Both the position numbers and the translations under genes were made by a program. The notes beneath the pieces were generated by a model that ran no database searches, was not told the DNA's origin, and saw only the letters and a program-made list of their open reading frames with translations. Positions 8,127 through 18,472 of a stretch of 64,000 nt of DNA are shown here, piece by piece. The DNA comes from a virus. The DNA lies in the IMG/VR virus record IMGVR_UViG_3300042881_006586. One strand, 5' to 3'. How positions within the stretch are numbered: the first letter of the stretch is position 1; the number at the start of each line of letters is the position of its first letter.

Positions 8127-9518
8127 ATGGCATATAAAATAAATCCTTTTACTACTAATTTTGATTATTATGAGGCAGGTGGCACAGGAAGTACTGTTTC
8201 ACAGGATTTAGATTCTGTATTAACTGCAGGTAATAATGCAGGTTCAAATGATATTGATATGAACAACAAAGATTTGTTGAATGTTGATAATATTGATTTA
8301 AATACTATAAATGGAGCTGCATATCCTCCATCAATTTCAGGAACTACTGCAGGCGGTGATTTATCGGGAACATATCCAAATCCTAAAGTTGATGCATTGC
8401 AAGGCTATGCTGTGAGCAATGTAGTTCCAATAAGTGGTCAGACATTACAATGGAGCGGTAGTGAGTGGACTCCTAAGTCAGTTCCCACAGGGGGTTCAGG
8501 CGGAGGTGGTATATTTTATTATTTCAATTATCAAAATACAGCAAGTATATCTCCGACAACAGGACTGCCAACTTCACCTGTTGCACCAAGTCAATTAGGT
8601 ATAAATTATAGCATTGGTTCAGGTTCTATTACATCTGCAAACCTATCTCAAGGTTCTTATAGTTTAGTGTGTGGGTTTGTTACTATTGTAGGAACTCCTT
8701 CTGTTACAAATATTCCTGCAGGTCTTTGGGATTTTAACATTTGGGTTGATATTTTAGGTGGAACAGGTAATGCTAATCAAACACAATTTCAGATTAGAGT
8801 TTATAAATATGATGGAGCAACTGCACCAACATTATTAGCAAGTTCTGATGATATTTATGTTTATGACCCTACAACAATAGCACAATACATTGGCAATGTT
8901 ACAATGCCACAAACGACAATTCTTTCTACTGATAGAATTTATATTGAATTGTGGGCACAAAAGAATGTTAATCAATCAAGACAAATAAGATTTTATTTTG
9001 ATTCATTGCATCCTTCACATGTACATACAACATTACCTTCAGTTGCAGGTTCAGGAATTGCAAAAGTTGTAAATGGGGTATTTCAAAGTCCTGCAAGTAC
9101 AATCGTAAATGCAGATGTTTCTGCAAGTGCTGCTATTGCTATTAGTAAGTTAGCACCTTTACCTGTAGAAATACAAGTTGCATGTTCAGATGAAACAACT
9201 GCTATCACTGCAGGAACAAATAAGGTAACATTTAGGATGCCTCATGCGATGACAGTCACATCTGTTAGGGCTTCATTAACAACTGCACAGGCTTCGGGAA
9301 GTATATTCACTGTGGATATAAATGAAGGTGGAGTATCTATTTTAAGTACAAAATTAACAATAGATAATACTGAAAAAACAAGTACAACTGCTGCTACAGC
9401 TCCTGTTATATCTGATACAGCATTGGCTGATGATGCGGAAATCACGGTAGATGTAGACCAAATCGGGAACGGAACTGCTACAGGATTAAAGGTGACAATA
9501 ATAGGAACAAGAGTATGA
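8127..9518 (+). CDS. Tail-fibre-like virion structural protein
   Basis: G/S/T-rich, AGGDLSGTYPNP motif, beta-rich modules, late motif upstream. Confidence 0.65.
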   Translation: MAYKINPFTTNFDYYEAGGTGSTVSQDLDSVLTAGNNAGSNDIDMNNKDLLNVDNIDLNTINGAAYPPSISGTTAGGDLSGTYPNPKVDALQGYAVSNVVPISGQTLQWSGSEWTPKSVPTGGSGGGGIFYYFNYQNTASISPTTGLPTSPVAPSQLGINYSIGSGSITSANLSQGSYSLVCGFVTIVGTPSVTNIPAGLWDFNIWVDILGGTGNANQTQFQIRVYKYDGATAPTLLASSDDIYVYDPTTIAQYIGNVTMPQTTILSTDRIYIELWAQKNVNQSRQIRFYFDSLHPSHVHTTLPSVAGSGIAKVVNGVFQSPASTIVNADVSASAAIAISKLAPLPVEIQVACSDETTAITAGTNKVTFRMPHAMTVTSVRASLTTAQASGSIFTVDINEGGVSILSTKLTIDNTEKTSTTAATAPVISDTALADDAEITVDVDQIGNGTATGLKVTIIGTRV

Positions 9519-11113
9519 TAATAAATTCTTATATATTTGGTGGATTTGATGCTGATGCTCAAGCATTTATTACTGCTGCAGCTATAACTGATAACACTCA
9601 AAAGAACGCTATCAATAATCTTGTGATAAATTTGAAAGCTGCAGGAATATGGAGCAAAATGAAGGCAGTGTATCCTTTTGTAGGGGGTACTGCTGCGACT
9701 CATAAGTTCAATTTAAAAAATCCTGCTGATACTAATGCAGCTTTTAGATTATCGTTTATTGGTGGATGGACACATACTGCAACAGGAGCATTACCAAATG
9801 GTACAAATGCTTATGCAAACACATTTCTTGATACTCAAAATGATTTATCTTTAAATAGTGGACATTTTTCTTTTTATAGTAGAACTAATTTACCAACTGC
9901 TGCAATAAGAATAGATATGGGTGCATTAAGACCTTCACCTGATTCTTACTCAGACTTAAATTCATCAAATTCAAATCTTACATATTTTAGATTTAATAAT
10001 GGTGTTGCTTATGATTCAGTAGCTTCAGCCAATTCTACGGGTTTTTATATTGGAAGTAGAACTGCTTCAAATATTATTAAAACTTATAAAAATGGTTCTA
10101 CAGTCTTATCTGGAACAGCAGTATCTAGTTCTACAAGTAACATTGACATTTATATTGGTGCTGTTAATAGTAATGGAAGTCCTTTATATTATGCAAATAG
10201 AGAATGTGCATTAGCAAGCATTGGTGATAGTTTAACTGATACAGAAGCATTAGTATTTAATCAGATAGTTGAAGGATATCAATATGAATTAAGTAGAAAT
10301 ATAAATGCTGTAAATGTAAATTATTATAATACAGCATATAACAATGAAACAAATGCATTTTTATATGCATCAGAAATAACAAATACTACTCAAAAGTCAG
10401 CAGTTAATAGTCTTGTAAATGATTTAAAAACAGCAGGAATATGGACTAAGATGAAAGCAGTTTATCCGTTCATTGGGGGGACAGCAAGCACTCACAAATG
10501 GAATCTTGTAAATCCTCAAGATACAAATGCAGCTTTTCGCTTAGTTTTTTTTGGAGGGTGGACACATACTTCTAATGGGGTTCAAGCAAATGGTACTAAT
10601 GGATATGCCGATACTTTTTTAGTTCCAAATACTACTCTTGCTGCTGCTGATAGTGTTCATTTAAGTGTTTATTCAAGAACTGACCAAGCTGCACCAACAG
10701 ATTTAGAAATGGGTACTTATGATGGAAACTCAAATTCATTATTAGGTATTGGGTTAGATAGAAGTGCATCCCCAACAGGTTCTTATGGTTGGATAAATAA
10801 TGCAAATGTAATATCATTTACAGATACAAACTCAGCAGCTTTTTATGTAGCAACAAGAGTTGGAAGTGTACAAAAAATATTTAGAAACCTTGTAACAGGT
10901 GTAAGTTTTACTAATGCAGCAGCTTTAAGAGCTACAACAAAAATATTTATTGCTAATGCTTATAGTCAACCTTTTTCAGGACCTGACCCTGGGCTTTATT
11001 CTAATAAACAATATGCTTTTATGAGTATCGGTGACGGCTTAACAGATACTGATGCAAGTAATTTCTATACAGCCGTTCAGGCATTTAACACAACTTTAGC
11101 AAGACAAGTATAA
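9515..11113 (+). CDS. Structural protein with two tandem ~260-aa lectin/LamG-like domains
   Basis: Internal duplication LK.AGIW.KMKAVYPF.GGTA.THK.NL.NP; ATGA-coupled to the upstream gene. Confidence 0.65.
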   Translation: MIINSYIFGGFDADAQAFITAAAITDNTQKNAINNLVINLKAAGIWSKMKAVYPFVGGTAATHKFNLKNPADTNAAFRLSFIGGWTHTATGALPNGTNAYANTFLDTQNDLSLNSGHFSFYSRTNLPTAAIRIDMGALRPSPDSYSDLNSSNSNLTYFRFNNGVAYDSVASANSTGFYIGSRTASNIIKTYKNGSTVLSGTAVSSSTSNIDIYIGAVNSNGSPLYYANRECALASIGDSLTDTEALVFNQIVEGYQYELSRNINAVNVNYYNTAYNNETNAFLYASEITNTTQKSAVNSLVNDLKTAGIWTKMKAVYPFIGGTASTHKWNLVNPQDTNAAFRLVFFGGWTHTSNGVQANGTNGYADTFLVPNTTLAAADSVHLSVYSRTDQAAPTDLEMGTYDGNSNSLLGIGLDRSASPTGSYGWINNANVISFTDTNSAAFYVATRVGSVQKIFRNLVTGVSFTNAAALRATTKIFIANAYSQPFSGPDPGLYSNKQYAFMSIGDGLTDTDASNFYTAVQAFNTTLARQV

Positions 11114-11126
11114 AATAATTAAAAAT

Positions 11127-11345
11127 ATGGAAGTAGGACTTTTAACAGAAATTGAAAAAGACAGTTTGGTAGGGCAATTATATGCTCCCGACAGCTATTT
11201 CAATCCCCTGCAAGACAATTCAGACAATTGGATTATCAGTATTGAAGAAATTGACCAATGTGTAATACCTGAATTTCAATGGGTAAAAGATTTGCCTTTG
11301 ATTGAGTATGTGGCAAAACCTACACCTCCTTTATTTGAAGAGTAG
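11127..11345 (+). CDS. Small acidic protein, possible fibre assembly chaperone
   Basis: 72 aa, directly after fibre-like genes. Confidence 0.5.
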   Translation: MEVGLLTEIEKDSLVGQLYAPDSYFNPLQDNSDNWIISIEEIDQCVIPEFQWVKDLPLIEYVAKPTPPLFEE

Positions 11346-11367
11346 ATATTTATAATAAAGACTATAG

Positions 11368-13158
11368 ATGAGAAATTTCCCGATAGAGCAGGTAAAATCT
11401 GAGATTATACAAAGTTTTCAAGAGAATCAAATAACTATCATCAGTACGCCTACGAGTTCGGGTAAATCCATGTTAGTTCCGCATTATGCCAATGAGTATT
11501 CAGGTAAGCAAGTTTATTGCACTGTTCCAAGAAGAATATTGGCTACTGAGGGGATGAAAAGCTGTAATGCGATACATGGAGATGGTTTTGCAGGATATAT
11601 TCATGGTGAAGGCGAAGAAAATGTTGACTCTTCTGTTTGTTATATAACAGAGGGGTCTTTTATTATGAGAGGTGTAGCTTCCAAATTAGGTTATGGTTCA
11701 ATTGTATGTTTTGATGAAGTCCATGAGCAGGGAAAGATATTAGAAACATTGTTATATGCTGCTATTGAGTATGCAAAAAACGGTTTGAAAATAGTATTGA
11801 TGTCTGCCACTTTGGATATTCCAAAATATAAAGGTTATTACGAAAAAAGGGGTATAAGTGTAGGGGTTGTGAAGTTGGATAATGAGAGAATGTTTGACCT
11901 TGAATATACCATCATAGATTCTCCTGAGAAATCTGTTATGATTGCTGCAAAGAATGGTGGAAGGGTTTTGGTTGGACTTTCAGGAAAAGAGGAGATTGAC
12001 AGATTTTCATATGAAGTTGCAAAAGGTTTCAAGGGGAAAATATTTCATATTCATGGGGAGGTAGAAGTTGATGAGCAAGAGGAAGCTTTGAATTATGAGG
12101 GTTCTTGTGTTTATATATGTACCAATATGGTTCAATCAGGAATAACTATAAAGGGATTGACACATGGGTATTTTGATGGGTATGGAAAAAGAATACATTT
12201 GGAGAAAGGTGAGAACAAATTGGTAAGATACAAACTTTCAAAAAGTGAGATGAGGCAATGGTATGGAAGGCTTGGAAGGGTTTGTCATGGGGAGATATTT
12301 GTTACAAGTCAAAAGGACATTGATTTGGATGAGAGGGATGATATGCCAACACCTGAAATATTGAGAACTTCTTTGGAGGATTCTATTTTGTTTTTTGCTT
12401 ATATTGGATTGAAGATTGAGGAATGTGTTCTTTTGAACAAGCCACCGAAAGCACATCTTATGTTGGGGATTGAAATGTTAAAAAAGTTAAAATGTGCAGA
12501 TTCAAATGGAGATATAAATTCTTATGGATTGGCTGTTGTTTCTGAGGGGCAAGGTGTTCGAGGGGGAATAGCTGTTATACATGGAAGAAAGCATGGTATT
12601 GAGAATTTGGCTAAAAAGGTTGCGCTTGTTTCTCAATATAAGCCTTTTTTGAGCAAAAATGGGGAAGTGAATACTTCCACTGAGAATATAGTTAAAATTC
12701 TTGGGGAAATTTATGAAAAATGCAAACATTCTGATATATTAATACAAGTGAAGATTGTTGAATATTTCATCAAGAAATATTGTGGAGTTAATGAGAAAAA
12801 TAGAGGATATGTTTTGATAGAAGAATTTTCTGAGGATTTTAAAATTGAATGTGAGAAAGCTTCTTTTTTCCGAAGAACTTTGCAGAATATCATATATAAT
12901 TTTTATAAGATTGATAAAGATTGCAAAGATTTTTATGATGGATTTGAGAAGATTGATGAGGTGATAAGGGAGATGTATGCAGATTGTATCACTGATGCTT
13001 TTTATGGTAAAGTATATGATGGAAAGAATTTCAGAAAAATTGGAACAAGTTCAAAAGCAGTTCAGTTGGCTCAAATGAATGCTGTTGGAAATTTCGTTTG
13101 TATAGAGGATTCCAAAAAGAAAACAGTTTATTTGATAGAGAATGTAACTTATATATAA
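11368..13158 (+). CDS. DEAH-box (HrpA/HrpB-like) helicase
   Basis: PTSSGKS, DEVHE, MSATL, TNMVQSGITI, QWYGRLGR, PEILRTSL motifs. Confidence 0.85.
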   Translation: MRNFPIEQVKSEIIQSFQENQITIISTPTSSGKSMLVPHYANEYSGKQVYCTVPRRILATEGMKSCNAIHGDGFAGYIHGEGEENVDSSVCYITEGSFIMRGVASKLGYGSIVCFDEVHEQGKILETLLYAAIEYAKNGLKIVLMSATLDIPKYKGYYEKRGISVGVVKLDNERMFDLEYTIIDSPEKSVMIAAKNGGRVLVGLSGKEEIDRFSYEVAKGFKGKIFHIHGEVEVDEQEEALNYEGSCVYICTNMVQSGITIKGLTHGYFDGYGKRIHLEKGENKLVRYKLSKSEMRQWYGRLGRVCHGEIFVTSQKDIDLDERDDMPTPEILRTSLEDSILFFAYIGLKIEECVLLNKPPKAHLMLGIEMLKKLKCADSNGDINSYGLAVVSEGQGVRGGIAVIHGRKHGIENLAKKVALVSQYKPFLSKNGEVNTSTENIVKILGEIYEKCKHSDILIQVKIVEYFIKKYCGVNEKNRGYVLIEEFSEDFKIECEKASFFRRTLQNIIYNFYKIDKDCKDFYDGFEKIDEVIREMYADCITDAFYGKVYDGKNFRKIGTSSKAVQLAQMNAVGNFVCIEDSKKKTVYLIENVTYI

Positions 13159-13186
13159 AACAAAATATTTATAATAAAAAATAACA

Positions 13187-14941
13187 ATGAGAAAAATAAT
13201 TTTGACTGAAGAGCAATATGTTGATTTTTTAAATGAAAAAAAGTTAAGACTTCTAAGGGCTAATTGCAGGTCTTGCAAAGAAAAATCAAGATTAAAAAAT
13301 TTGTTTGAAAGTGTTAATATTGATGAAAATTTAAAAGTAGGTCAAGGCACTGTCTGTTTGAATCATCAAGATGTTACAGGATTCATAAATTCAATAAGAA
13401 AAAATGCAATTAAATTGGATGATAAATATAAAAGATTTATTAATGATAGCGAATTTTCTAAATTAAAAGGTATTAAATTTACAATAGCACAACCTTTTAT
13501 CCATAGTAAATCAAAATTATTTAAAGATGAAGAAGGAGCTTCTGAAAAAGAAAATAAAATAATTTCTCAATTAAAAAAAGAATTAGATGAAATTTATAAA
13601 AAATATAGGCAATCTAAAAATAATGGCGATGCTGAAAATTATGAAAAAATAATAAAGGCAAAAATAGCACATCTTTCAAAGGTTCATGATGGTTTGGCAG
13701 TGGACATAGAAAATTTTAAAAAGAATTTGATGGTTTTACCTAATAGTATTATTGGTAAAAATGCAAAAATGATGAAATCGGGAGCTGCAAATGAATTTGT
13801 GGTAAATACAGGTATTCCTGCTGTTGGTGCTATTATTTATAATAGAGCTGAGGATAGATTTGAGATGATTGAAACATGCCCAGGTCGTGGCTCATGTGCC
13901 ACCTTCTGTTATGCATTATCAAGTAATTATACACGTTTTTTTGGAGCTTATGATATCATGATAAGAAGATTAAATTTCATGATTAATGACCCTCAAGGTT
14001 ATGAAGATAAATTTTTTAACGAATTATATTCATTAGCTGAATTGAAAGGAGCAATAATTACAGAAAAAAAGATGAATTCTGCAATAAACCAATTTATATC
14101 CATTCATAAAGATGCAATAAGCAATATTAAGCGTAAGAATCCTGATTTTAGCGATTCAGATGCTATAGAGATGTTAAAAGAAGAATACGATAAATACTTA
14201 ATAAAATTCATGAATGATAGTAATAAAATTGTTTTAAGATGGAATGATTCAGGAGATTGGTTTAGTGAGGAATATGTAACAATTGGCTCGAATGTAGTAA
14301 GAAGATTAAGAGCAAAAGGAGTTAACATTACTACAACTACTTACACAAAAATTGCTCAAATAAGTGCAGATATCAGAGGGGTATGGGATGCAAAAAAAGA
14401 TTTTGCAATATATTCTGTTGGAGGAGCAAGTAAAAAAGAAGTAAGAAAATATAAAGAAATTCAAGCAACTGATGCTGCAAATAGACCTGTAAAAGATGCC
14501 ATTAGTCCTGATGGAACTAATTTTATGAATCCTATCACTGATAAACCATATAATGAAAAATTTGAAGATTTAAATTATATATTTAATATTGATAAAGGGG
14601 GTGCAAATAATAATGAAGTATTAAGAAGTTTTGGTGAAAATTACATGGGAATGAAAAATGTAGATTTGACTCCTTCAACAGTAAGCGATATAAAAGCTAA
14701 AATAAAAGAATTGATGCCATTTTTCAAAAATGATTTCAAAGAACAAATGCAAGCATATTTGAAAAGAATACATGATAAGGATGTTGAAATTAGTGATATC
14801 ATTTATTATGATGAAATGCGAAAAAGTTTTGAGATAAGAATTGGGCAAGAAATGAAATATTACGTAATTGTACCTAAAGGTTCAGGTGATGATGCTGCAA
14901 TATATCCAAGTACAAAAATGGTAATAAATTTAATGCATTAA
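13187..14941 (+). CDS. Gp88-like (radical-SAM-like Cys cluster) protein with leader
   Basis: TCPGRGSCATFCYA, RWNDSGD, YTK motifs; starts MRKIILTEEQY. Confidence 0.65.
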   Translation: MRKIILTEEQYVDFLNEKKLRLLRANCRSCKEKSRLKNLFESVNIDENLKVGQGTVCLNHQDVTGFINSIRKNAIKLDDKYKRFINDSEFSKLKGIKFTIAQPFIHSKSKLFKDEEGASEKENKIISQLKKELDEIYKKYRQSKNNGDAENYEKIIKAKIAHLSKVHDGLAVDIENFKKNLMVLPNSIIGKNAKMMKSGAANEFVVNTGIPAVGAIIYNRAEDRFEMIETCPGRGSCATFCYALSSNYTRFFGAYDIMIRRLNFMINDPQGYEDKFFNELYSLAELKGAIITEKKMNSAINQFISIHKDAISNIKRKNPDFSDSDAIEMLKEEYDKYLIKFMNDSNKIVLRWNDSGDWFSEEYVTIGSNVVRRLRAKGVNITTTTYTKIAQISADIRGVWDAKKDFAIYSVGGASKKEVRKYKEIQATDAANRPVKDAISPDGTNFMNPITDKPYNEKFEDLNYIFNIDKGGANNNEVLRSFGENYMGMKNVDLTPSTVSDIKAKIKELMPFFKNDFKEQMQAYLKRIHDKDVEISDIIYYDEMRKSFEIRIGQEMKYYVIVPKGSGDDAAIYPSTKMVINLMH

Positions 14942-14945
14942 CAAC

Positions 14946-15503
14946 ATGTCAAACATAAAACCAAATACATTTCCTCTGAAGCTATCTTTGGATGGCTCAG
15001 AGGAAATTTATACACAAACAAATGATATCAATGAGAAATTCACATTGAATCAGGTAAGTACTTATATAACTCAGAATATTGACACTTGGTTATATAAGGA
15101 GGTTTATATGACAGGTGCAGATTTGGATGCTTTGCCAACAACCAAATTTGAATTATTGAGTGAGAATGATTTGAATACTAATGAATATTATGAGGTCAAT
15201 AGATTAGTATTTGAAGCAGATTATAATAGTACTGCACATAAGCTACTTGATGATATATATGTGCTCTTTAAAACATCTAATTCAATTCCTATAGGAAATG
15301 CATTCCCTGACAATTCTATATTTATAAATCTTCCTAATACTCTGATAGAATGTAACGAGAATATAATTTACTGTTTATATTCTCCTGCCATAATTGAGCA
15401 TTATGTAAAATTAACAGGCTTGTATATAGATTCTTCTTTAACTGCAAGTAACGGTGGAGATACGGTCTTCAAAATAAAAATTTATTACAAAATAAAATCT
15501 TAG
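14946..15503 (+). CDS. Structural paralog 1 with KPxxFP-LDGxEExYTQ module
   Basis: Paralogous to the next two genes over its full length (YEVNRLVFE, KIYYK). Confidence 0.75.
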   Translation: MSNIKPNTFPLKLSLDGSEEIYTQTNDINEKFTLNQVSTYITQNIDTWLYKEVYMTGADLDALPTTKFELLSENDLNTNEYYEVNRLVFEADYNSTAHKLLDDIYVLFKTSNSIPIGNAFPDNSIFINLPNTLIECNENIIYCLYSPAIIEHYVKLTGLYIDSSLTASNGGDTVFKIKIYYKIKS

Positions 15504-15504
15504 G

Positions 15505-16050
15505 ATGTCCATAAGAAAACCAAGTACATTTCCTGTTAGACCTGTTTTGGATGGTTCTGAAGAAATCTATACGCAAACTAATGGAGTCAGTGAAAAATTT
15601 ACTTTAGGAGCTTTGGCTTCATATGTAACACAGTATGCTGATGAATGGTTGTATAAAGAAATTTTTATAGATTCTATTGATGCATATGATATTTTAGCTA
15701 ATCCTGTAATTATATTAGATGAGGCAGATTTAGGATTAAATGAATATTTTGAAATAAATAGAGTTATTATAGAATCTAAATTTAATGGGGCTGCTATGAT
15801 ATGTAATTTTGATGCTTTAATTTCATATAAGCCTACGAGATATACTGCATTAAATACTACTGAATATTATTATAAAGTTCCTGATAATTTTATTGAGACT
15901 TCTTATGATAGTGTATTATGTTTTTATTCACCTTATACTGCAAGTGTCTTCCGAAGAAATCACGGAGTTTATTTAGATATGGATGGAGGAAATATGGAAG
16001 AAGGTGATACAGATTATACTATAAAAATTTATTACAAAATCGTAAGTTAA
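15505..16050 (+). CDS. Structural paralog 2 with KPxxFP-LDGxEExYTQ module
   Basis: Same N-terminal module and C-terminal KIYYK. Confidence 0.75.
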   Translation: MSIRKPSTFPVRPVLDGSEEIYTQTNGVSEKFTLGALASYVTQYADEWLYKEIFIDSIDAYDILANPVIILDEADLGLNEYFEINRVIIESKFNGAAMICNFDALISYKPTRYTALNTTEYYYKVPDNFIETSYDSVLCFYSPYTASVFRRNHGVYLDMDGGNMEEGDTDYTIKIYYKIVS

Positions 16051-16052
16051 TT

Positions 16053-16592
16053 ATGCCACAGATAAAACCAAATGATTTTCCTGTAAGACCTGTTTTAGAT
16101 GGTACTGAAGAAGTTTACACTCAAAACAATGGAGTTAATCAAAAATTTTTATTATCAAATGCTACAAATTATATCACAAACAATATAGATTTATGGGATT
16201 TGAAAACAGTATTTGTTGATGAGTTAGATTTGTTTAATATAGATACTACACCTATTCAAGTTTTAGATGAAGCTAATTTGGCTTCAAATGAATATTATGA
16301 AATAAATCGTATTGTAATAGAATTAAGTCATAATACAATTTACAATCCGAGTAAAGCTATTTGGTTTCAATTTAAAACAAGTGTATCAATGCCTTATGTA
16401 AACAGTTATAATTTTTATGAAATGAAAAATAATTTAATGGCTGCAACTGAAGACGTTATAACTTGTTCATATACTCCTTGGAATCATGTTCCTTATCTAA
16501 GGAATACAGGTTTATATATTCATTCACAAGGAAATGTTATTATTGGTAATGGCACATTCAAAATAAAAGTTTATTACAAGGTTAGTATTTAA
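16053..16592 (+). CDS. Structural paralog 3 with KPxxFP-LDGxEExYTQ module
   Basis: Same N-terminal module and C-terminal KVYYK. Confidence 0.75.
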   Translation: MPQIKPNDFPVRPVLDGTEEVYTQNNGVNQKFLLSNATNYITNNIDLWDLKTVFVDELDLFNIDTTPIQVLDEANLASNEYYEINRIVIELSHNTIYNPSKAIWFQFKTSVSMPYVNSYNFYEMKNNLMAATEDVITCSYTPWNHVPYLRNTGLYIHSQGNVIIGNGTFKIKVYYKVSI

Positions 16593-17080
16593 TCTAATCT
16601 CTCATAGACTTTAAATTTGAAATCATATTCATTCCAAATGTCTTTTTCGTGAAATTCTTCAGAAACAAGTTTCCATTCTTTTGGGTCGATTTCGGGAAGA
16701 AAGCTATCAGGATTTTCAAAAGTAGTTTGTAATTCTGTAAGATATAATTTATCACAGTATGGAAATGCTTTTTTGAAGGTTGAGTTGCCTCCAATGAAAA
16801 ATAATTCTTTCTTCCAAAATTCAAGAATATTCAAGCCATTTTCAAAATTATAAATAACATGTGTATTTGGCTTACAATATTTTTTATCCTTGGAGAAAAT
16901 AACATTTCTTGTGGCAACAAAAGGTTTTTGGAAAAAATCTTGTGCTTTTCTCCCCATCAAAACTGTATTGAATTTTGTTAACCTTTTTAACTTTCTTTGA
17001 TGTTTTTTACAAAGAGGCAAAGTATTATTATCTGAGGTAGCTCTATTGAGGTCAATACAAGCTATTATCGAAAGGTTCAT
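16589..17080 (-). CDS. folA: Dihydrofolate reductase-like protein with degenerate folate site
   Basis: VLMGRK, RNVIFS, FIGG, DKLYLTEL, DSFLPEID motifs; the PW..D motif is missing. Confidence 0.75.
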   Translation of the reverse strand: MNLSIIACIDLNRATSDNNTLPLCKKHQRKLKRLTKFNTVLMGRKAQDFFQKPFVATRNVIFSKDKKYCKPNTHVIYNFENGLNILEFWKKELFFIGGNSTFKKAFPYCDKLYLTELQTTFENPDSFLPEIDPKEWKLVSEEFHEKDIWNEYDFKFKVYERLD

Positions 17081-17196
17081 AATTCGGCTTTTGAGAGTTC
17101 ACTCCAAAACGAAATGGTGAAATAGCTTTCACCATCCGTTGTTACATCTTGGGCTATTTCTTCCAAAGAAAGTTCTTCGGTTTCATTTGAGTTCAT
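17077..17196 (-). CDS. 39-aa acidic peptide
   Basis: ATG at 17196, just after the upstream stop; TGA overlaps the DHFR ATG. Confidence 0.6.
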   Translation of the reverse strand: MNSNETEELSLEEIAQDVTTDGESYFTISFWSELSKAEL

Positions 17197-17200
17197 ATAT

Positions 17201-17605
17201 TTATTTTGAAGCTTTAGGGAAATCGTTAGGGAATTTAGAGAAAAGAAAATAAATAATATCCGTTGGAGACTTTTCAATAGAAATAACTGAAAGCTCGTTC
17301 ATTTCAAAGAAAATGTTTACTTTTTCAGTACCTTTAGTTTTGAATGTCATAATTTTTCCGAATTCATCGGAAATTGTTTCTTCCAAAGAAACCAATTCGA
17401 CTTCAAAACTTGTATTCTTTTTCGTTCCAATGAAAGAAAGCTTTTTGTAATCTTTATCAATTACGATTTTGTAGTCAATTCTTTCAGTGTATTCTTTGAA
17501 ATTTTCACCTAAGACATTTCTAACATTTGTAACAAGAGTATCTTGAGCAGACACATTAACAATTGTAGCAAAAATAATTGCAAAAGACAGCATTAAGTTT
17601 CTCAT
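17201..17605 (-). CDS. Exported hypothetical protein
   Basis: Sec signal peptide ending VSA-Q, typical of Bacteroidota. Confidence 0.7.
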   Translation of the reverse strand: MRNLMLSFAIIFATIVNVSAQDTLVTNVRNVLGENFKEYTERIDYKIVIDKDYKKLSFIGTKKNTSFEVELVSLEETISDEFGKIMTFKTKGTEKVNIFFEMNELSVISIEKSPTDIIYFLFSKFPNDFPKASK

Positions 17606-17711
17606 GGTAAATAAATTTAAGTTGTAAAAAATGATTAAGTTGCTAACAGCGTAATGTAAAGATAGGACTTTATTTTGAAATAAAAAATTTTTTATGATAT
17701 TTTTTTAAAAT

Positions 17712-18128
17712 TTATTCAAAAATTTCAGGATGCTGTTTACCAAATTTTCTCATCATAACTCCTGCAAATGAATTTGCTTCATTTTCTTCAGGAGAACCAT
17801 CTTCTCCTGATGAAGATGTTAATATACCATTTAAGTTTTGTTGATGGTGTTTTAGTTCATGAGCGATACTTCTTAACACATCACCAATATGTCTATTCTT
17901 TATATAGACTGTCAAACTACTTTCAGCAGGAGAAAAATGTGCAAAGGTTTTTGTTTTAGATTTTTTATCAGTCAAAAGAACTTTAATTTTATCATTTATA
18001 GATAGATTCTCTTTGCAAAAATCTACAAATGTTTTTATCAATGGGAGTTTTTCATTGATATCATTGGAAACTATTGGGCTATTTTTGAAAACTAAATTAT
18101 ATTGTTCTTCAGTGATAAGTAATTTCAT
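17712..18128 (-). CDS. Zincin/ImmA-like metallopeptidase with leader
   Basis: IAHELKH...ENEAN; starts MKLLITEEQY. Confidence 0.75.
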   Translation of the reverse strand: MKLLITEEQYNLVFKNSPIVSNDINEKLPLIKTFVDFCKENLSINDKIKVLLTDKKSKTKTFAHFSPAESSLTVYIKNRHIGDVLRSIAHELKHHQQNLNGILTSSSGEDGSPEENEANSFAGVMMRKFGKQHPEIFE

Positions 18129-18137
18129 TTGATTTTA

Positions 18138-18410
18138 TTAATAACCATAAATATCTTTTCTCAGTTGGTTAGAAACTTTTTTTAATTTAGAAGCAGTAGT
18201 ATCTTCATTTTTAGATTTATAATGATTTGCCATAGCATCTAATATTTGAGACGTACTAAATTTATTTAATAGGCTTTTTAAAGAATCAGTAATATTTAAC
18301 GAGATTTCAGGTTTTTTATCGGGATATTTTTCTTTAGAATTTTCTTTAGAATTTTCTTCTCTCAAAACTTGTTTAACAAGCATTTTTAATTCATTCAATG
18401 AAATATTCAT
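18138..18410 (-). CDS. Small protein with leader
   Basis: Starts MNISLNELKMLVKQVLREE; late motif upstream. Confidence 0.7.
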   Translation of the reverse strand: MNISLNELKMLVKQVLREENSKENSKEKYPDKKPEISLNITDSLKSLLNKFSTSQILDAMANHYKSKNEDTTASKLKKVSNQLRKDIYGY

Positions 18411-18472
18411 ATTTTTTCTATTTAAGTTAATTTTATTATAAATATATAAATTATAATAAAAAAATACGAATA

